Below, piece by piece: positions 61,001-64,000 of a stretch of DNA of 64,000 bases (the stretch's first letter is position 1; each line of letters begins with the position of its first letter). Made by a program: the position numbers and the translations under genes. Under the pieces are notes generated by a model. That model was not told the origin of the DNA and ran no database searches. It worked only from the letters and a program-made list of their open reading frames with translations. Source of the DNA: Balanoglossus misakiensis (Eukaryota > Animalia > Hemichordata). The stretch covers positions 3,651,025 through 3,715,024 of the forward strand of contig CM082596.2 of the NCBI GenBank assembly GCA_040954595.2, in the 5' to 3' direction.

Positions 61001-62647
61001 TGTTACTTGGAGTTCTCACCGATGAATCTTGACACTTACAGTTTCGGCCACAAGTCAATCCTCTCTCACAGGGCCGGTTGGTTAGTCCTTGCAACTGGAA
61101 ATCCATTCAGGTCTTCGGGAAGCCATGCAACAGTCTTACTGTTCAGCCTGACATGCTTTGGGTTGTGTGCTTGATTAGGTTGGTAAAGTCTGTTTCTGGG
61201 TTTCACTATGATTTTATACTTCAGTTCATACCGGTGATATGATCATTCCATGCTATGACAAACGGCAGGGTCTGGTTTAAGCTTGCAATTAACCGTCACT
61301 GCACAGATCCAGCTTGGATTCATCTCAGAGTGAAATGTGCATTTGCAGGTCAGTACTACATGCTTGGTTACTTGTATTGACCCAACGCTTGAATGAATCT
61401 TAGGTAATTGTGATGTTGCCATGGTGGTTTGCTGTTAATGGTAAAGTTGTGCGTTGTCTTTTCTGCTGGTTATACTTCTTTTGATGGGTATATCATGCAA
61501 ACAATGTTGAGGGTGTGGAGGTTCAGTTTATGTGCCGGTTGTAAGTATTTCAGTAAACTTCATGAATTATCCATACATCACTATGGATATATTCATAAGA
61601 GTTCGAGAGAGGATTAAGATATACAGGTAGATTGACAGTAGCCTAAAAACAATTACTTTGCCTGTCTTATCAATAATCAAATAAGATTCTGATAAGACAT
61701 CAAACTCTTCAGTATATGAAACTTTTTAAAAGCAAACAGAGACTACTGGATTGTACAATAAGACATAAATCAGTCAAGTCAACCCTTTCACAACATTGAA
61801 TTTTTGAATTGCACTGACATCAGTGAACAAGGGTTTTCGTGCAACCAAAAACAGACAGGACGCATGCATTGTTAGTGCCTATGGCTTTATTTTGCCTTTC
61901 TACTTTCTTGTGGTATCATTGAAGTCACCACGACACTAGTTATTTACAATCTTACAGATTTAATACAAAACTTTTGTAGGGTAGCGTTAACACTAATCAG
62001 TTACCTTTCACACTCATATGCTGACTCTTCCGCATAACTGTAAAATCATCAAACATTCCTGGAATTCACACAAGCACTGACCAGGTCAGTCTCTCGGACA
62101 TACACACAGAGAACATAAAACAGTCATGCACATATCAAAAATCGCATACAAACATCCATGAAACATGACTCTGACTGGAAGAGGAAACATAAAATGACCA
62201 CACACCCAACAATAACATCATATAAACACTAAAACCACAGGTTAAACACATGAAATATATATCTAACAGAACGACACATTCACATGCATTTGATGAGTTT
62301 TAATAGGGTAGTAAATTATGGATTCCTACCGTCCACCGTCAGCCTGGCACTACAGGTAACTTCTCCGGCGTTGTTGGCAGCCTTTATCGTGAACGTCCCG
62401 GCATCTTCTGGGAATGCCTCTTGAATGACCAATGAACAGAACCCGTGGGCTCCATGGACAATGCGGAAGTCTGGAGACGTCTGAATTTCATGGCCTTCTC
62501 TAAACCACGTGATTTCAGGCGGCGGTCTCCCCAAGACTTTGCAGTCAAAGCGGGCAGAGCCTCCTTCCACCACGTCACAGTTAGTGATCTTCTGATAGAA
62601 TCTAGGGGGGACAGCTCTGTCTACTGCTTCGGACCCACTCTCTTCAA
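743..62647 (-). CDS. TTN: Giant titin/connectin-like (Sallimus-like plus N2A) muscle protein gene, partial, 55 predicted exons, about 13,780 aa within the window
   Basis: Continuous chain of GT-AG exons with compatible phases (mostly 1-1) encoding about 50 Ig I-set domains (PPxF..C.V.G.P.P.V.W..D.G.Y.C.A.N..G), PEVK-like spacers, SH3, Fn3 and a titin UN2A-like helical element. The symbol means titin-like; strict orthology is not demonstrated. Confidence 0.9.
1269..1855 (-). CDS. Exon: UN2A / tri-helix-bundle-like element plus Ig
   Basis: ttttAG acceptor, ATG|GTAAGG donor, 587 nt, phase 2-1; DIDINELLKGVNPKDYEKVLMEHGIYDFRVILKHIEWLKK. Confidence 0.92.
2041..2320 (-). CDS. Exon: titin I80-like Ig (KVGGNPTPTIEWCKGWRKM)
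   Basis: tgtAG acceptor, GAG|GTAGGG donor, 280 nt, phase 1-2. Confidence 0.9.
2471..2548 (-). CDS. Small exon: Ig A-strand (EEVGLPKEVAPYFIEPPQKCHVVE)
   Basis: tttacAG acceptor, AAG|GTATGT donor, 78 nt; not in the ORF track, translated by hand. Confidence 0.85.
2730..2902 (-). CDS. Exon: C-terminal half of an Ig (FKDDNEVTPSDKVRMERDGNKYTLTL..YTCRAKNKVG)
   Basis: tatAG acceptor, AAA|GTAAGA donor, 173 nt, phase 2-1. Confidence 0.88.
3156..3294 (-). CDS. Exon: N-terminal half of an Ig (APKFVTKIQDTEAVEGTQATFECTVTGKPEPEVAW)
   Basis: atacAG acceptor, TTG|GTGAGT donor, 139 nt, phase 1-2. Confidence 0.88.
3760..3926 (-). CDS. Exon: C-terminal part of an Ig (EVFPDDDGEYTCKATNPAG)
   Basis: ccacAG acceptor, AGG|GTACAA donor, 167 nt, phase 2-1. 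Confidence 0.88.
4088..4164 (-). CDS. Small exon: Ig B-C strands (VVKDGEVVRIVCKVTGKPVPEVSWY)
   Basis: tcacAG acceptor, CAG|GTAAGT donor, 77 nt, phase 0-2. Confidence 0.88.
4430..4470 (-). CDS. Microexon: Ig A-strand (ELVAPYVIDDLVDK)
   Basis: tttcAG acceptor, AAG|GTAAGG donor, 41 nt, phase 1-0; completes the Ig of the next two exons. Confidence 0.82.
6838..6867 (-). CDS. 30-nt microexon (EPEKIEEIPE); read-through gives a hydrophobic tail and stop at 6749-6751
   Basis: ttacAG acceptor, weak AAG|GTATCC donor, phase 1-1. Confidence 0.72.
7029..7328 (-). CDS. Exon: fibronectin type III domain
   Basis: LSWQPPESDGGSPITAYVVE..YAFRIRAKNAIGISEPS, titin-type Fn3 signature; 300 nt, phase 1-1. Confidence 0.93.
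7427..7705 (-). CDS. Exon: Ig domain
   Basis: ttgcAG acceptor, TAG|GTAAGA donor, 279 nt. Confidence 0.9.
9653..10174 (-). CDS. Exon: I80-like Ig (WFKGWKHCQQG) plus a second Ig
   Basis: tttcAG acceptor, AAG|GTAAGT donor, 522 nt, phase 1-1. Confidence 0.9.
10355..10411 (-). CDS. 57-nt exon: Ig A-strand (AKRPPAFVVTPTDCEEPE)
   Basis: caacAG acceptor, AAG|GTAAAG donor; same length as the 57-nt array exons. Confidence 0.85.
10618..11793 (-). CDS. Exon: E/V-rich spacer plus two Ig domains
   Basis: ccacAG acceptor, AAG|GTGTGT donor, 1176 nt. Confidence 0.9.
11922..12176 (-). CDS. Array exon: I80-like Ig (EHPAEIRCRVKGIPTPTVTWYKGWKHCQQG)
   Basis: caacAG acceptor, CAG|GTAATG donor, 255 nt. Confidence 0.9.
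12314..12370 (-). CDS. Array 57-nt exon (AKCAPEFIKKPEDTEAVK)
   Basis: aaccAG acceptor, AAG|GTAGGT donor. Confidence 0.87.
12602..13948 (-). CDS. Array exon: PEVK-like + acidic/IQ-like motif + Ig (449 aa)
   Basis: ccacAG acceptor, TGC|GTAAGT donor, 1347 nt. Confidence 0.92.
14077..14331 (-). CDS. Array exon: I80-like Ig
   Basis: 255 nt, same splice sites as the other copies. Confidence 0.9.
14457..14513 (-). CDS. Array 57-nt exon
   Basis: Copy of 12314-12370. Confidence 0.87.
14743..16119 (-). CDS. Array exon: PEVK-like + IQ-like + Ig (459 aa)
   Basis: 1377 nt, phase 1-1. Confidence 0.92.
16248..16502 (-). CDS. Array exon: I80-like Ig
   Basis: 255 nt. Confidence 0.9.
16641..16697 (-). CDS. 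Array 57-nt exon
   Basis: Copy of 12314-12370. Confidence 0.87.
16945..17997 (-). CDS. Array exon: PEVK-like + IQ-like + Ig (351 aa)
   Basis: 1053 nt, phase 1-1. Confidence 0.92.
18126..18380 (-). CDS. Array exon: I80-like Ig
   Basis: 255 nt. Confidence 0.9.
18518..18574 (-). CDS. Array 57-nt exon
   Basis: Copy of 12314-12370. Confidence 0.87.
18810..19952 (-). CDS. Array exon: PEVK-like + IQ-like + Ig (381 aa)
   Basis: 1143 nt, phase 1-1. Confidence 0.92.
20082..20336 (-). CDS. Array exon: I80-like Ig
   Basis: 255 nt. Confidence 0.9.
20470..20526 (-). CDS. Array 57-nt exon
   Basis: Copy of 12314-12370. Confidence 0.87.
20734..21876 (-). CDS. Array exon: PEVK-like + IQ-like + Ig (381 aa)
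   Basis: 1143 nt, phase 1-1. Confidence 0.92.
22005..22259 (-). CDS. Array exon: I80-like Ig
   Basis: 255 nt. Confidence 0.9.
22397..22453 (-). CDS. Array 57-nt exon (AKCAPAFIKKPEDTQAVK)
   Basis: Copy with AAG|GTATGT donor. Confidence 0.87.
22696..23649 (-). CDS. First array exon in gene order: unique 5' part, 32-aa repeats, IQ-like motif, Ig (318 aa)
   Basis: ttgcAG acceptor, TGC|GTAAGT donor, 954 nt. Confidence 0.92.
23959..24399 (-). CDS. Exon: spacer plus Ig
   Basis: ctacAG acceptor, AAG|GTAAGA donor, 441 nt. Confidence 0.9.
24600..24902 (-). CDS. Exon: Ig
   Basis: caacAG acceptor, AAG|GTATAC donor, 303 nt. Confidence 0.9.
26671..26993 (-). CDS. Exon: Ig (FKLIAAPRPYVVWYHN..YADVHMYFLTLQI)
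   Basis: gtccAG acceptor, AAA|GTAAGT donor, 323 nt, phase 2-1. Confidence 0.9.
27199..27256 (-). CDS. 58-nt linker exon (CLSDAESTETPVSRRSLS)
   Basis: ttacAG acceptor, CAG|GTAAGA donor, phase 1-2; needed to keep the frame into 26993. Confidence 0.85.
27403..27705 (-). CDS. Exon: Ig
   Basis: taccAG acceptor, AAG|GTAAAA donor, 303 nt. Confidence 0.9.
27838..28104 (-). CDS. Exon: SH3 domain
   Basis: YVAIGSY..EVMSIREGEELTVID..GDWWLVRRPNGEEGWVPGSYLE matches the SH3 consensus; 267 nt. Confidence 0.92.
28305..28341 (-). CDS. 37-nt microexon (EEISKKELTITE)
   Basis: caccAG acceptor, AAG|GTATGT donor, phase 0-1. Confidence 0.78.
28517..28642 (-). CDS. 126-nt exon (KVTKVAGPETIQEEVLEIIKTPEGKETVVRTLRTIVVEYPIK)
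   Basis: atttAG acceptor, AAG|GTAAAC donor, phase 0-0. Confidence 0.8.
29500..29582 (-). CDS. 83-nt E/K-rich exon (ELPSEKEEIKEQVTVEKMVIEEKTEAQK)
   Basis: ttccAG acceptor, AAG|GTATGG donor, phase 1-0. Confidence 0.8.
29911..29995. mobile_element. Possible degenerate short MITE-like intronic repeat
   Basis: Ends in AAAGGGTTAA, resembling a TTAA-flanked piggyBac-type terminus; the other end is decayed; no second copy in the window. Confidence 0.3.
30798..33881 (-). CDS. 3084-nt exon: long E/V/P/T-rich spacer with degenerate repeats plus Ig
   Basis: atttAG acceptor, AAG|GTTTGG donor, 1028 aa open frame. Confidence 0.9.
34237..34716 (-). CDS. Exon: spacer plus Ig
   Basis: cttcAG acceptor, AAG|GTAAGC donor, 480 nt. 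Confidence 0.9.
35011..35892 (-). CDS. Exon: unique sequence plus Ig
   Basis: cattAG acceptor, AAG|GTTTGA donor, 882 nt; frame open upstream of the ORF-track start. Confidence 0.87.
36445..38271 (-). CDS. 1827-nt exon: acidic unique sequence plus Ig
   Basis: tgcatgtAG acceptor, AAG|GTTTGC donor. Confidence 0.88.
38275..38327 (-). promoter_or_regulatory. Cluster of three Rbfox-type TGCATG splicing elements at a 3' splice site
   Basis: CATGCA on + at 38275, 38293 and 38322, i.e. TGCATG in the pre-mRNA within 56 nt upstream of the exon. Confidence 0.6.
38699..39052 (-). CDS. Exon: Ig
   Basis: gaacAG acceptor, TCG|GTATGT donor, 354 nt. Confidence 0.9.
39676..40089 (-). CDS. Exon: spacer plus Ig
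   Basis: ttgcAG acceptor, AAG|GTTGGA donor, 414 nt. Confidence 0.87.
41073..47054 (-). CDS. 5982-nt giant exon: four Ig domains in 432-aa super-repeats plus PEVK-like tail
   Basis: atatAG acceptor; phase-compatible donor AAG|GTTTGA at 41072; 1994 aa open frame. Confidence 0.9.
42370..46860. repeat. About 3.4 copies of a 1296-bp (432-aa) coding super-repeat
   Basis: Ig motif DDAEFECKATNEYG recurs at about 1296/1293/1296-bp spacing. Confidence 0.95.
47246..54397 (-). CDS. 7152-nt giant exon: PEVK-like with 145-aa and 73-aa repeats plus one Ig
   Basis: ttttAG acceptor, CAG|GTAAGT donor, 2384 aa open frame. Confidence 0.92.
47920..49700. repeat. 219-bp (73-aa) coding tandem repeat, about 8 copies
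   Basis: EEPMAWEKLG recurs every 219 bp, from about 48146 to 49460. Confidence 0.95.
49830..52100. repeat. 435-bp (145-aa) coding tandem repeat, about 5 copies, with older diverged copies up to about 53950
   Basis: EEAVPWEEPAEILV.IKDKEGNVEETVVPRTFKVTK recurs five times at 435-bp spacing. Confidence 0.95.
54633..58832 (-). CDS. 4200-nt exon: nine Ig domains with linkers
   Basis: ctacAG acceptor, CAG|GTGAGT donor, 1400 aa. Confidence 0.92.
54990..57310. repeat. 492-bp (164-aa) Ig-plus-linker tandem repeat, 5 copies
   Basis: YETDGRCLLIIAPITEEDDAEFECRAENPLG recurs at 468/492/492/492-bp spacing. Confidence 0.95.
58949..59587 (-). CDS. Exon: R/S/T-rich unique sequence plus Ig
   Basis: aaacAG acceptor, TAG|GTGAGT donor, 639 nt. 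Confidence 0.9.
59760..60167 (-). CDS. Exon: linker plus Ig
   Basis: caccAG acceptor, GAG|GTGAGT donor, 408 nt. Confidence 0.9.
60382..60966 (-). CDS. Exon: unique sequence plus Ig
   Basis: ctcgcAG acceptor, AAG|GTAAGA donor, 585 nt. Confidence 0.9.
62330..62647 (-). CDS. Exon: Ig (most 5' confident exon in the window)
   Basis: tttcAG acceptor, ACG|GTAGGA donor, 318 nt, phase 1-1, so the gene begins further upstream. Confidence 0.9.
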
Positions 62648-64000
62648 CTGAAATAGGACACACAAAACACAAATCACTTGATGCACGTACTGCTCATGTT
62701 TAGAAGGAACTAGGTGAGAAGACAAACACGCCATGCAGCAAGCCGTAAGAAGTCGTGTTCTTTAGAATTTATCCTAGTTCAATTGAAGAATTCTTTTTTA
62801 ATGTGCAAGTTTTAGAAGTGCAAGGGCAAGCCAGTGACAGGGAATCCCCTGACTACTTAAAAGTGGTGGTAGTAATATTAAAAGGTTGCAGTGCCAGATC
62901 ATACCAGACGTCTTTTTCTTCCTCTGAGTCATCATTTTTGCCTTACCTTTTCGTTAGCAACACATCATTACGACTTTCAGCATTAACCAAAATCCACTTG
63001 GAAATGTGGGTAGCTTCATTTTTGACTAGTCGTGTACCAACGTAAATTTTGTTTATTTACCAACAGACCGTCTGGTATGATCTTCAAAACAGAACATACA
63101 GCAATAGACCAATCATCTGTTTCCAGATTTAAATTTTCATTTTTACAAATTTGAGAATTCTTATAGCCAAGTGTTCTCAGGTTTTCATTGAGTTGTTGAA
63201 TTTGTATCAAATAACAGGTTCAATTCTATTAAAATCCGATGTAGACATATCAGTCTTTTCACTTCAATCATTCTATTGTCTTCAGCTCTGCAGTGAAGGA
63301 AACATTTTTGACAGAATATCCATAAAAAAATATTTATTGGTCGATAGCTGTGTGTATGTTTGTGTGGGTTGTAAGGAATCAACAACAAGAGCATTGATAC
63401 AGTTTGCATGGTCGTAGACCAGCATTTAATTATTTCATCTATTTCACTCATTCATTACAAAATTAAAAGCAAGGCAGATAAAGAAGCAATTGCAGCATTT
63501 GTGTCTTCAAACATTTCCTGCACATGTTCCATCCACATCTCCTGGGCATGTTATGGACGGATGTTGCCCGTACACTTAGAGATTTTCAATTTATCTCCCT
63601 TTCACCAACAATAATCCAGCATTTTGTTTTAAAATCAAGCTGAAAAGTGATCTTTGTTTTATAAAACAGACAGTTGCCTGTAAATTACTTTGGTGAGATC
63701 TTTTATCACACTGAAAGGCAGGGGCTTAGCACAGTTTGGAGTACAAATGCTTGAAATGTACAACCTTTCATTGTGAAAGCAAGCAAACTTTAAAAAAATC
63801 TGTCTGCCTGTATATCACAACTGAGCTTCGTCCAAAATGGTAACATGTATCAAGTCTCCATGTTATGTAAATATCTTCGATGTCTAAGTACGGTAAGATC
63901 ATCATGTTGTCTCACATGTTATACCGGTAACATGATTGCGCGATTTGTTTCTCGATTGACTTGATAAGATGTGCTGTACACAATTCAGAATCAGTGGTTG

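Noticed and set aside
62840-62849. NF-kB-like near-palindrome GGGAATCCCC
   Set aside because: Isolated intronic motif with no contextual support
1-64000. Prokaryotic systems, rRNA/tRNA genes, transposase or reverse-transcriptase ORFs
   Set aside because: None seen; the window is fully explained by one spliced eukaryotic gene and its introns

Overview
Eukaryotic, AT-rich genomic DNA, most likely from an invertebrate deuterostome (inferred from the protein architecture, not proven). The whole window is the interior of one giant minus-strand titin/connectin-like muscle gene; neither its start nor its final stop is in the window. I traced GT-AG boundaries and codon phase by hand and recovered 55 frame-compatible exons (62647 down to 743) totalling about 41,340 nt, or about 13,780 aa. 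They encode about 50 Ig I-set domains, long E/V/P/K/T-rich (PEVK-like) spacers built from several nested repeat families, one SH3, one Fn3 and, near the left end, a clear homologue of the vertebrate titin I80-UN2A (N2A) element. Most notable: (1) a recent six-copy tandem array of a 3-exon cassette, introns included, at 11.8-23.6 kb, each copy carrying an acidic/IQ calmodulin-type motif and an I80-like Ig; (2) a possible tail-anchored membrane isoform made by donor read-through just after the Fn3 exon, at the junction between an invertebrate (Sallimus-like) half and a vertebrate-like N2A half; (3) further candidate alternative terminal exons in the 7.7-9.65 kb intron; (4) Rbfox TGCATG clusters and a block of weak donors, pointing to regulated length tuning. 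All splice-isoform claims are sequence-based predictions that need transcript evidence.
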